Positions 19,952 to 29,370 of a DNA stretch of 41,614 nucleotides are shown one piece after another; position 1 is the first letter of the stretch, and each line of letters starts with the position of its first letter. The stretch spans positions 1 to 41,614 of the forward strand of contig CAVTZU010000022.1 of the NCBI GenBank assembly GCA_963739305.1, given 5' to 3'. The notes below the pieces were generated by a model. The model did no database searches, was not told the DNA's origin, and saw only the letters and a list, made by a program, of their open reading frames with translations. The position numbers were made by a program, and so were the translations under genes. The stretch is from Candidatus Bathyarchaeota archaeon. GTDB lineage: Archaea; Thermoproteota; Bathyarchaeia; Bathyarchaeales; Bathycorpusculaceae.

Positions 19952-21363
19952 TTGCGACGTGGTGAGCATTTGACGAAGAGATTTGCAATATTGGTATTGA
20001 CCTTTCTAACATTATTTGGCCTCTCCTTTCAAATTAGGTGGAGCCCTTTTCAGGTGATTGCCTTAAATTCGTTTCCAGTTCACAATGTGAACACCGGACT
20101 TAACTACACCTCAGTCCAAAGCGCGATCGACGCCCCAGAAACTGTGGCTGGAAACACGATTCTGGTTGATTCGGGGAATTACTCTGAACATCTTGTGATT
20201 GGTAAATCTATTGCGCTGGTTGGAGCAGGGCGAAATACGACAACAATCGATGGAGGAGGAGGCGGAATTGTAATCCAAGTCACTGCTAGCAATGTTCTGA
20301 TAGAAGGGATTTGAAGTGAAGAATGGTCTACTCGGCATATTTCTAGATCACTCCAACAACTCGGCTATAATAGAAAATAGCGTGAACGGAGTGGTCAGCA
20401 ATTACGCTGTCTATGTCAGCTACTCTCATAACTGCACGATTGAACAAAACATAATTGGACCCAACTCTGCTTCGGGCGTTCTCGTCACGAATTCTGAAGG
20501 CTTCACGATCTCGAAGAACTATGCACATGATAACGGTGGGTATGGGTTGAATGCGAACGATTCGATGAACGGAATCCTTGAGTGGAACGATGCAATTGGC
20601 AACATGTATGATGGAATCGGATTGGGTAGCGGTTCCAGAAACTGCACGATTATGGGAAATAACGTGAGCGACAATCAGCTTTGGGGTATCTGGCTTGATT
20701 CGGATTCTGTTGACAACCTTATTTATGATAACAACATCATCGGGAACGGTGGGCTAGTTTCTGTCAATTTAGCCGAATCGCTGGGATAACGGTCTTGAAG
20801 GAAACTTTTGGAGCAACTATTCAGGGCCTGACTTGAACAGGGACGGCACAATCGATGAGCCACTTGTGATCAATGAACATAATATGGACAATCATGCTCT
20901 ATCCGGGGAGTTCTCGTCCTTTCAAGCTTACTCTAATCTACGCGTAAACGTCATATCGAACTCGTCGATAGCAAATCTTACGTACATTCAACCAAATGGC
21001 ACAATCATACTTGAGGCAAACAGCAGCGCAACGAATCAAGGCTCAGGCTTCTGCAGGATCAGCATTCCTCACGGGCTAATAATTGGACCTTACAACGTGA
21101 CGATAGACAATACCGCCCCTTCCTACATCAACGATTCGCTTTACGACGACGGTGACACCAGATGGATGTACTTCAACTATCCCAATTCTGGACGTGAAGT
21201 CTCGATTCAGGGAGTCGACAAGACCATTCCAGCCGTTTCTTTGTTCGCGCGCGCTCTGGTTCAATTGGCTGTGATAGTCATCGTAGTGGGTGTGGTTATC
21301 GCCGTTGCTCTCTTGGTCTATTTCAGGAAATCAAGGAACAAAACTCCGAAAGCTGGTCGCTGA
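19952..21363 (+). CDS. NosD/parallel beta-helix surface protein with C-terminal TM (split into 3 ORFs)
   Basis: VHNVNTGLNYTSVQSAID, GNYSEHL, PbH1-like repeats, RWDNGLEGNFWSNY across a frameshift, TM + basic tail. Confidence 0.75.
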
Positions 21364-21399
21364 GTCGAGGGTCACAAGTTTTGATTGCAAGGTTTTGAA

Positions 21400-22299
21400 A
21401 TGGAGACCAAAGCAAGAAGACATGCCCTGATGGAAGGAGTGACGGCAGGTATTCTGTTTGGAACGGCCGCAATTTTCGTCAGATATGCACACGGAATAGA
21501 TCCTTTTTCCATCGTGTTCTGGCGTTTGGCCATAGCTTTGATAACGTTAGGTACGATAACGATTCTTTTCTACAAAACTATTCAGCTTGATTTTATTAGA
21601 AAGAACGCAAAGAAACTGATGATTCTCAGCGTCTTCTTAGGATTGCACTTTGTTTTTTTCACGGTTTCCCTGAATGATACGACAATTCTGAATGCCACGG
21701 TCTTGGTCAACACTGTGCCCTTTTTCTCGCTTTTGATATCAAGTTTCGTTTTCAACTTGAAACCGTCCCGTTTTGGATTGGTTGGGCTTGCGATATCGTT
21801 CACCGGAATTTGTTTGATTGCCATTGGTGAGACGATGGCTTCGAAACCTATTGCTGGCGTTTCATCCAGCTTCAAAGGCGACCTGGAAGCGGTCACTGCA
21901 GCGCTGCTCTTGTCGCTTTACTTGAACTATGGTAGAGAAGTACGGAATAGAATGAACATTCTGTCGTTGATGGTGCCGATCTATGCTGCTGCTTTGGTGG
22001 TGGTTGGAATCGTTGGTCTTGCGTTAGGAAGCTCTGTCCTATCGTTGGCTCTTGTGCCTAGCTCAATTGTTCCTTTGATCGGTCTCGGTCTTCTTCCAAC
22101 TGCAATTGCACACACGCTGTATTTTTCCTCCTTGGCAAGTCTGAAATCATTCGAGACAGCCACGATGGCTCTTCTTGAACCAGTTGGCGCAACAATTCTC
22201 GGGATAGTCGCTTTTCTTGAGATTCCTGGTCCTATTTTTGCTCTGGGCGCAGTCTTCGTGTTGACCGGCATATTCTTCACTATCGTAAAAGGTAGTTAG
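21400..22299 (+). CDS. EamA/DMT-family transporter
   Basis: About 10 TM helices, duplicated halves, LLEPVGATILG. Confidence 0.9.
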   Translation: METKARRHALMEGVTAGILFGTAAIFVRYAHGIDPFSIVFWRLAIALITLGTITILFYKTIQLDFIRKNAKKLMILSVFLGLHFVFFTVSLNDTTILNATVLVNTVPFFSLLISSFVFNLKPSRFGLVGLAISFTGICLIAIGETMASKPIAGVSSSFKGDLEAVTAALLLSLYLNYGREVRNRMNILSLMVPIYAAALVVVGIVGLALGSSVLSLALVPSSIVPLIGLGLLPTAIAHTLYFSSLASLKSFETATMALLEPVGATILGIVAFLEIPGPIFALGAVFVLTGIFFTIVKGS

Positions 22300-22349
22300 A
22301 GCGGACTTGGCGTGCGGATCGGTTCTTCAAGAAGAAAACGGGAGCAGGT

Positions 22350-22631
22350 TTATTCTTCTTCCTGCACTTCCCTGCCTTTGATAACTAAAGAGCTTTCTTT
22401 GCCACCGATTACTCTGAAATATTCTTCCAGTTCTTTCTTGTGAAGGAACTTTCGAAGCAGAACGCGCAGATAGGTCCGTGACACTTTAACGTCATCAGTT
22501 TTGATCACTACGTCGTCTGTTCCTGTTTCAACTTTGGCGCCTGTTTTCTCTTTCAAGTAGGTCGCCAGATCTTTTACGACTTCGCTTCCTTCACTTTTCA
22601 GTTCCGAAATGTTTATTCTCGCTTCTTCCAT
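22350..22631 (-). CDS. rpl22e: Ribosomal protein eL22 (L22e)-like
   Basis: LATYLKEK...SRTYLRVLLRKFLHKKELEEYFRVI resembles the eL22 SKRYLKYLTKKYLKK..LRDWLRVV motif; acidic tail. Confidence 0.75.
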   Translation of the reverse strand: MEEARINISELKSEGSEVVKDLATYLKEKTGAKVETGTDDVVIKTDDVKVSRTYLRVLLRKFLHKKELEEYFRVIGGKESSLVIKGREVQEEE

Positions 22632-22640
22632 CTTCTCACC

Positions 22641-23300
22641 TCATTTTCTGACTATTATGACTCTAACCTGATCGCATGCGTCTTCACACGAGTCTGCAAT
22701 CATCTCGATTGCTTCAAAGAGTTGGCCTATCAAGACCGCAACCCCTGCCCTTGGCAAGTCTTCTTTTCCCAATAGTATTCTGGCTTTCTCGTGCAGGTCG
22801 TCGACTTTTTCTTCTTCACGTTCAACAGCATCTGCGGCTTCGAGTGCTCCTTCAGGTTTCACCATTATCATGTTCACGCATTTTTGCAGGGAAACGGCGC
22901 ATTTCTTTATGTTCAGTATCATTTCTATCAATTCGTCTCTAATCGAGGCTGGAACATCAACGATAGGTATTGCGCCTAGTATCCGCGTAGATTCTCTGCT
23001 CCAATCGGCTACCATGTCCACTCTCTTGACCAAGTTCATTAAGTCTTCTCTGTCAGTTGGGGAAAGCTCTCCGGTTGAGATTTCGTCCATTACGTTCCTT
23101 CGTAATCCATCGGCCTCTTTTTCGCTCCTCGCAACCATTTGGATACAACGCTGCATTTCTTTGATATCGCCTTTGATCGATGCCCGAATTGCTTTTTCTA
23201 GATCCTCAACTATGCCCGTCGTCAAGGCCAGATGGCGTTGAACACTCACTAAAGCTTTGGTTTCCCTGCGTTTTGCAAACCATTTTATCAATTCACTCAA
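22641..23300 (-). CDS. DUF47 / PhoU-like phosphate transport regulator
   Basis: EKEADGLRR...DREDLMNLVKRVDMVAD; EEKVDDL; IADSCEDACD. Confidence 0.88.
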   Translation of the reverse strand: MSELIKWFAKRRETKALVSVQRHLALTTGIVEDLEKAIRASIKGDIKEMQRCIQMVARSEKEADGLRRNVMDEISTGELSPTDREDLMNLVKRVDMVADWSRESTRILGAIPIVDVPASIRDELIEMILNIKKCAVSLQKCVNMIMVKPEGALEAADAVEREEEKVDDLHEKARILLGKEDLPRAGVAVLIGQLFEAIEMIADSCEDACDQVRVIIVRK

Positions 23301-24396
23301 CTGCTAATTCCTCCTTCAAACCCATCTCGGGATATGAGAACACGTGTGCCTTCTCTACGGAAAAACGAACGGAGACTCTCTCTCCGATTCGGACCCATTT
23401 TCCAGCCATCGAAGGTTTGACTACCACGATTCGGTCTTGATTTTCGAGCACGATCTCGTATCTTATGCTTGTCCCTTCGAAGGTAACTCTTTCCACCACG
23501 CCTGGAATAGAATTCTTGGCCTTGCTCGGCTTTTCTTCCAGAATGAAAGCTTCGGGCCTCACGGCAAGAACCACTTTTTCACCTTTTTTTGCAAAGTTGT
23601 TAATGGCTTGGACTCTTATTCCTCCTCGAAGCTCTATTAATGTTTCTTTATCATCTCTCTCCAGGATGTATCCCTCGAGGAAGTTTGACTCTCCGATGAA
23701 GTTGGCCACAAAAATGTTCTGAGGAGACATGTAGAGCTCACTTGGGTTTCCGACTTGTTTGATTTTGCCTTTCTTCATTACTGCTATCCTGTCGGAAATT
23801 GCCATGGCTTCGGATTGGTCATGCGTTACGTGTATGGCTGTCAATCCTAGGTCCTTCGTCATTCTTCTTATTTCGTATCTCAAGTCATTCCTGACCTTTG
23901 CGTCCAACTGTCCAAGCGGTTCGTCCAGGAGCAACAGTCGAGCCCCTGCTGCTAATGCTCTTGCAACGGCTATTCTCTGCATCATGCCGCCGCTCAGCTC
24001 GTTTGGAAAAGCATCAAGTCTTTCGTGAAGTCGAACCATCTCGAGAACTTCGTGTCCTATCGTGCCCGCTTTTTTCATGTCGAAACCCTTGACTCGGGGA
24101 CCGTAGATTACGTTGTTCCAAACGTCCATGTGTGGAAAAAGCGCGAAAGTTTGGAAGACGAATCCGATGTCTCGGTCTTCGGGGGGTACATCGTTTACTA
24201 GTTTGTCTCCGATGAAGATTCTTCCTTTATCTGGTTGAATCAGTCCTGCGATAAGTCTGAGCAAAGTTGTTTTGCCGCAGCCACTTGGGCCGAGGAGGGC
24301 GAAATACTCTTTGTCACAGATGTGGAGGCTCACGTCATCTACGGCGACGAGTTTGCCGAACCTCTTCGTGACTTTTTCTATTCGTACGTCAGGCAC
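23293..24396 (-). CDS. ABC importer ATP-binding subunit (PotA/FbpC type, TOBE domain)
   Basis: GPSGCGKTT, LSGGMMQR, LLLDEP, HVTHDQSEA. Confidence 0.93.
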   Translation of the reverse strand: MPDVRIEKVTKRFGKLVAVDDVSLHICDKEYFALLGPSGCGKTTLLRLIAGLIQPDKGRIFIGDKLVNDVPPEDRDIGFVFQTFALFPHMDVWNNVIYGPRVKGFDMKKAGTIGHEVLEMVRLHERLDAFPNELSGGMMQRIAVARALAAGARLLLLDEPLGQLDAKVRNDLRYEIRRMTKDLGLTAIHVTHDQSEAMAISDRIAVMKKGKIKQVGNPSELYMSPQNIFVANFIGESNFLEGYILERDDKETLIELRGGIRVQAINNFAKKGEKVVLAVRPEAFILEEKPSKAKNSIPGVVERVTFEGTSIRYEIVLENQDRIVVVKPSMAGKWVRIGERVSVRFSVEKAHVFSYPEMGLKEELAVE

Positions 24397-24468
24397 AGTT
24401 CAGCCTTCCTCCATCGCCGTTTGAATTTTCGAAAGTATTGATAGGGCGAACGTAGTTTATTAATCATG

Positions 24469-26127
24469 TTAGTATCTTCCTCTTCCCTTGACCACCAATC
24501 TTAACGCCAACAGTATCAAGAAGGAAAACAGTATTAGATAGCCGCTTCCCAAACCTGCCTCCAAAGGATGCGCAGTGACCCAATTAACGAGGACGACTGG
24601 CGCTGTCTTGAGCGTTGTGACAACAGCTACGGTCGCTCCTGTCTCGCTTACGCTTCTCGTGAACATCATTATTGCTCCCGAAAGTATAGAGTACTTTGTC
24701 AAAGGGAGAACTATTGTTCTGAAGACGGCAAGAGGTCTTGCTCCGAGAGTTCGCGATGCTTCTTCGAGGTCGAGACCGATTCTTTCGACCGCAGCGGACA
24801 TTGATCTGACAAAGTATGGATAGGTTATTGCGACGTGAGCAAAGATCAGGAGCAGTATTTCTGGAATGAAGGTGAAATTGGTTTTCCAGAAGATCCCCAG
24901 TGAAATGCCTAGAGCAATCGATGGGACTACAAGAGGTATATTGACAAGCACGTCTAAGATTGTAGAAACGAACCCGCCGAACTTCTTTCTCGCAATGAGG
25001 ATTGCCATTGGCAAGCCTATAATGATGTTGATGACTGTGACGATTCCGCCGAGGAGATATGACAACACGAGACTCTGCCAATATTGCCCCCAGATTCCTG
25101 ATCCTGCTAAAGATTGTGAGAAAGTTCCTGTGAATACAGCTTGAAAGGCTGGGAGCGCCACGAATAGGGACGGAACGAGGATGATTGCAAAGAAAATGAT
25201 CAATGTTGCAGTGTCCCTTGAAGCCGCCGCTTTCGAATAGCTGATGCGTCGTTCGAGCATCGGCCAAACTCTCTTCATGGGTAGTCTTAGCCGTGGTCCA
25301 ACTATGCGTATAACGAAGAAAATCGCGACCGCGACGACGATGAGAATGAAGCTTGCAAACACGGTCGAGCCTTCGTAGAGAGTTTGACTTACGGTTCCGG
25401 CTGCGTAAGCTTTATTCATGTTCTGTATGAAGACGGGTCCGTTTTCGAAGAATCCCGCAACTATGAACGTGGCTCCCGTTTCGGATATTGATCTTGCGAA
25501 CGCAAGAATGAAGCTGGCGATCAGGGAGGGTTTTATGATGGACAAAGTCACTGTTCTGGATGCGGTGAATGGAGGTGCCCCTAGAGTTCGTGACGCGTTT
25601 TCGTATTCTCTCTTGTAATCCAGCAGGGCACCTACGACTACTCTGACGACAACGGGAAAAGAGAAAGCGAAGTGCAAGAGTATGACAAGCAGCCATCCTG
25701 GAGAAATCAGGGTTCCTCCAAACAGCGCGGATATGCCTTGGGGTTTGTTCCAGAAAAGCAACAATGAGTAGCCGAGAACTGCTGTTGGCACGATGAATGG
25801 AATGTCAGACAGGGTGTCTAGGACGTTGATCCAAGTGGATTTCTTGCGGGCGATGAGCCATGCCATTGGTACGCCGACGACAAGATCGATGGCTGAAACG
25901 AGGAGTGCTATGGTGAAAGAGTTCTGGACGGCTGTGAGTGCTCGGGAGACGTAGCTTGGCTGGTTTAGGAATTGTTGCATTGTGTTCCATTGTGTTGCTA
26001 TTCCAAGCAGGGGCGGAAGGATTATGAATGCGAGGAATACGATTACGGCGATCAAGTAGACCGAGTATTTGATGCTTTTCCGTGAAGAAAGTCTGTAAAG
26101 TGCTGAGACAAACTTGGATTCCGGCAA
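24469..26127 (-). CDS. ABC importer permease with two fused BPD_transp_1 domains (FbpB/ThiP type)
   Basis: Two EAA-like loops (ENASRTLGA, EEASRTLGA); two SETGAT motifs. Confidence 0.9.
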   Translation of the reverse strand: MPESKFVSALYRLSSRKSIKYSVYLIAVIVFLAFIILPPLLGIATQWNTMQQFLNQPSYVSRALTAVQNSFTIALLVSAIDLVVGVPMAWLIARKKSTWINVLDTLSDIPFIVPTAVLGYSLLLFWNKPQGISALFGGTLISPGWLLVILLHFAFSFPVVVRVVVGALLDYKREYENASRTLGAPPFTASRTVTLSIIKPSLIASFILAFARSISETGATFIVAGFFENGPVFIQNMNKAYAAGTVSQTLYEGSTVFASFILIVVAVAIFFVIRIVGPRLRLPMKRVWPMLERRISYSKAAASRDTATLIIFFAIILVPSLFVALPAFQAVFTGTFSQSLAGSGIWGQYWQSLVLSYLLGGIVTVINIIIGLPMAILIARKKFGGFVSTILDVLVNIPLVVPSIALGISLGIFWKTNFTFIPEILLLIFAHVAITYPYFVRSMSAAVERIGLDLEEASRTLGARPLAVFRTIVLPLTKYSILSGAIMMFTRSVSETGATVAVVTTLKTAPVVLVNWVTAHPLEAGLGSGYLILFSFLILLALRLVVKGRGRY

Positions 26128-26234
26128 AGCAACTCCTTTCTTAGGTCCCTCTCGCTACGTTTGCGGTCTTTGTAGCTGAACGTAGCTTTCCTTTTTTCAC
26201 TTGTGGTTTCGGTTCATAAGTTTTCCGCATTGGA

Positions 26235-26304
26235 ATCTGTCAGTTCGCCCGTCGAGTCATGTCATCGCTCACGCTCTATTGACTCTCTGTGTCATCATCC
26301 AGAC
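26235..26304 (-). ncRNA. Box C/D methylation-guide sRNA
   Basis: Minus strand: TCTG-g-ATGATGA (C) cacagagagtcaa TAGA (D') gc-gtga-gc GATGA (C') catgactcgacgggcgaa CTGA (D) CAGA terminal stem; CAAAAGCCTTAAG BRE/TATA about 25 nt upstream. Confidence 0.82.
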
Positions 26305-26432
26305 TGGACTGAGGGTCAGAGTGGACTTAAGGCTTTTGCGCCTTGAGGCTTTTGAAATAGAAAACCTGCGAGTTGCTTCGGTGTGAAGTCTTAATATCTT
26401 GTTTTCTTCAATTTACTCGTGGGGTTTGGCTG

Positions 26433-28214
26433 TTGAAGTACAGTGTCATTGCTGAAGCTTATGAGAAGATTGAAGCCACGACGAAGCGGTTGGAGATGAC
26501 TGATTTGCTGGTTGATCTGCTCAGGAACACTCCGAAGGACGTGATTGAAAAGGTTGCTTATTTGACGCAGGGTAAGTTGTACCCTGATTTTTTGGGTGTG
26601 GAGATTGGTGTGGCTGAGAAGCTTGCTTTGAAGGCTCTAGCCAGAGCGACGGGCAGCGGTCAGACGGTGCTGGAGGAGGATTTGAGGAAGAGTGGTGACA
26701 TCGGTGAGACGGGTCAGAAGTTTATTTCTAAGAAGAGGCAGGTTACGTTTTTCCAGGAAGTTCTGACTGTTGAGAAGGTGTATGAGACGCTTGACAAGGT
26801 TGCGAAGACTTCGGGGTCGGGTGCCGTTGATGCAAAGATGGCGTTGTTGTCGGGTTTGTTGGCGGCTGCGTCTCCGTTGGAAGCAAAGTATGTTTTGCGG
26901 ACGGTGACTGGGAATTTACGGCTGGGCATTGCGGACATGACTGTGTTGGACGCGTTGGCTTTGGCTTATGGCGGTGGCAAGGACGCGCGGGGATTCATTG
27001 AGAGGGCGTATAATATCTGTTGTGATCTTGGGAGGGTTGCGAGGGTTCTTGTTGAGGAGGGTCTTGATGGAATACGGCGGTTTGAGGTTTCGGTTGGTGA
27101 ACCTATTAGGCCAATGTTGGCTGAGCGGCTTTCTTCTCCTGAGGAGATTCTTGAGAAGCTTGGGGGTCGGTGTGTTGCTGAGTACAAGTACGATGGGGAG
27201 CGTCTTCAGGCTCACAAGCGTGGCGATGAGGTCACGTTGTTTAGTCGGCGCGTGGAGAATATTTCTGGTCAGTATCCTGATGCCGTGAAGCTGTTTCGAG
27301 ATTGTGTTGAGGCGAAGGAGGCTATTCTTGAGTGTGAGTGCGTGGCTGTCGATGTGGATACGGGTGAGATGCGTCCTTTTCAGGAGCTTATGCATCGGAG
27401 ACGGAAGCACGGGGTTGCGGAGGCTGTCGTGGATTATCCGGTTTCGTTGTTTGTGTTTGATGCGCTTTTCGTTGACGGGAAGGATTTGACTCTGGAGCCA
27501 TTTCCGGTTAGGAGACAGTGTCTTGAGAAGACGATAGAAGTGGGTGATCGTGTTAGGCTGGCGAAGAGTATTACGACGAGGGATGCTGGCGAGTTGGAGA
27601 AGTTTTTTTTGGAGGCGATTGAGGACGGGTGTGAGGGGTTGGTCTGTAAGTCGGTTGGGGAGGATTCGGTTTATCAGGCTGGGGCGAGGGGGTGGTTGTG
27701 GATTAAGTATAAGCGTGATTACAAGAGTGAGATGAAGGATACCGTTGATTTGGTTGTTGTGGGTGCTTTTCATGGGCGCGGCAAGCGCGCGGGGACTTAT
27801 GGTGCTTTGCTGTTAGCCGCGTACAATGCTGAGAGTGACACGTTTGAGACGGTTACGAAGTGTGGGACGGGCTTTACGGATGAGGATTTGGCGAAGTTGC
27901 CGAAGATGTTGGCGAAGCATGAGCTTAAGAAAAGGCCTTCGAGGGTTGACTCGGTTTTGGAGGCTGACGTGTGGTTTGAGCCTGCGGTTGTTCTTGAGGT
28001 TTTGGGAGCTGAGGTCACTTTGAGCCCGATTCACACGTGTGCTTTGGGTTCCGTGCGGAAGGGCAGTGGGTTGGCTATTCGTTTTCCAAGGTTTACGGGG
28101 AATTATCGGGTTGATAGGGCGCCGGAGGATGCGACGACTTCAGCTGAGATTCTGGAGATGTATCGGGGTCAGTTGAAGAAGATGAGTGAGGTTAAACCTG
28201 AAAGTGCTTCGTGA
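26433..28214 (+). CDS. lig: ATP-dependent DNA ligase
   Basis: EYKYDGER, EGLVCK, WIKYKRDY, IRFPRF; TTG start inferred. Confidence 0.97.
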   Translation: MKYSVIAEAYEKIEATTKRLEMTDLLVDLLRNTPKDVIEKVAYLTQGKLYPDFLGVEIGVAEKLALKALARATGSGQTVLEEDLRKSGDIGETGQKFISKKRQVTFFQEVLTVEKVYETLDKVAKTSGSGAVDAKMALLSGLLAAASPLEAKYVLRTVTGNLRLGIADMTVLDALALAYGGGKDARGFIERAYNICCDLGRVARVLVEEGLDGIRRFEVSVGEPIRPMLAERLSSPEEILEKLGGRCVAEYKYDGERLQAHKRGDEVTLFSRRVENISGQYPDAVKLFRDCVEAKEAILECECVAVDVDTGEMRPFQELMHRRRKHGVAEAVVDYPVSLFVFDALFVDGKDLTLEPFPVRRQCLEKTIEVGDRVRLAKSITTRDAGELEKFFLEAIEDGCEGLVCKSVGEDSVYQAGARGWLWIKYKRDYKSEMKDTVDLVVVGAFHGRGKRAGTYGALLLAAYNAESDTFETVTKCGTGFTDEDLAKLPKMLAKHELKKRPSRVDSVLEADVWFEPAVVLEVLGAEVTLSPIHTCALGSVRKGSGLAIRFPRFTGNYRVDRAPEDATTSAEILEMYRGQLKKMSEVKPESAS

Positions 28215-28218
28215 GTGA

Positions 28219-28296
28219 GGTCTGGGCTAGGGACTGGTCAACATGGTTTTTGAGTGTTTTCAGCTCTAAAACACCCTACCCCCCGGCCTTTTTTTC
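28219..28296 (-). repeat. G-tract dispersed element, copy 2 (inverted)
   Basis: Reverse complement GAAAAAAAGGCCGGGGGGTAGGGTGTTTTAGAGCTGAAAACACTCAAAAACCATGTTGACCAGTCCCTAGCCCAGACC. Confidence 0.9.
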
Positions 28297-28391
28297 TCAG
28301 AAGGAGCTGCTTTTGGGTTTTTCGGTAATCCTTTGGGCGGTGCTGGTGGTGGTTTCCGTGCAGTTTCCGATGTTGCTCCTGTGCTTTCGGT

Positions 28392-29240
28392 TCATCTGAG
28401 GTTTTCCAACACTGAGGATACACCGCTGGCCGCGAGTACTAGGAGTTCGAAGGTCTTGTATGCCTCGGTCATGTTTTCTGCTGGGTACTCGACGGTCAAG
28501 CCGCTTGTTCTTTTTGCGGTGGGAAGCATTTCTGCGACGTCTGCAAAGTGGCTTGCGGTGAAAGTCACGTTCATTTTGACTGGTTTTCTTGCTTTCAAAA
28601 GCCGAGTCTTGCCGTGTTCATGGTTGGAAATAGCTTTTGGAACCGCTTTTCTCAGTTCGACCTCGATCTTTTTCATGCTTGGGCTTCGAGCTGAAAGGCG
28701 ACTCAATGACTGTTTAAGAGTGACTGCCTCGATCCAGGGTGCATGCTGCTTTACGTCGTCGTTCAGAAGCTGAGCTTCGCCGGCGACGAGGATAACGGGA
28801 ACTTTGAATTCGCCGGCCACGTAGCCGTTCAAGAGGAACTCGCTTGCAGCGATACCGTTGACTTCGACATTGGTGATGCTTGCTCCGCTGTACGTGTGGT
28901 CGAAGGTTGATCTTGCGGTTCCAAACTTGGCATGATACCCGAGAAACAAGGCTACGTCGCATGATTCGATTCCGGCTACCATGCTCAGCGGTCTAGGGAA
29001 GCCTCGCACGATCTCCACGTACTCGGGCAGGTCGTCGACGTAGATGTTTACCATGGGGCCGTGACTGTCGGCGATGGTGACGCTGTCGAAGCCGTTCTTG
29101 TTAAGCTCGTCTGCAACAGTCAGCGTGACTCTCGTCGCGATCTTTCGGGCTTCTTCGTACAATGTGCCTTTCAGCCCTAAGTGTCCCGGTGTCACAACGT
29201 GTGGCATGCCTTCCAGATCGACGGAAATGAATGCCTTCAT
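28392..29240 (-). CDS. dppA: M55-family D-aminopeptidase
   Basis: FISVDLEG, ADSHG, FLGYHA, FDHTYS. Confidence 0.93.
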   Translation of the reverse strand: MKAFISVDLEGMPHVVTPGHLGLKGTLYEEARKIATRVTLTVADELNKNGFDSVTIADSHGPMVNIYVDDLPEYVEIVRGFPRPLSMVAGIESCDVALFLGYHAKFGTARSTFDHTYSGASITNVEVNGIAASEFLLNGYVAGEFKVPVILVAGEAQLLNDDVKQHAPWIEAVTLKQSLSRLSARSPSMKKIEVELRKAVPKAISNHEHGKTRLLKARKPVKMNVTFTASHFADVAEMLPTAKRTSGLTVEYPAENMTEAYKTFELLVLAASGVSSVLENLR

Positions 29241-29370
29241 GTTCTTTTCCCGTTAGACGTCTGCTAGGAATGGATTAAAGTATTTCGATCGTTGGGAAAA
29301 TTCGCTTCCGCAGCTTTGGAAAGGACTAGGATTCTGAATAAGGCTTCAGAATTCACAACTGTAAAATAAG

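Noticed and set aside
26916-27773. 285-aa antisense ORF in lig (also 24584-25267, 38575-39264, 8893-9333 and others)
   Set aside because: Shadow ORFs overlapping well-supported genes, favoured by skewed composition
9481-28296. Composite transposon or invertible segment bounded by the inverted copies
   Set aside because: Encloses essential housekeeping genes; no transposase/invertase or target-site duplication seen (inversion cannot be excluded without comparative data)
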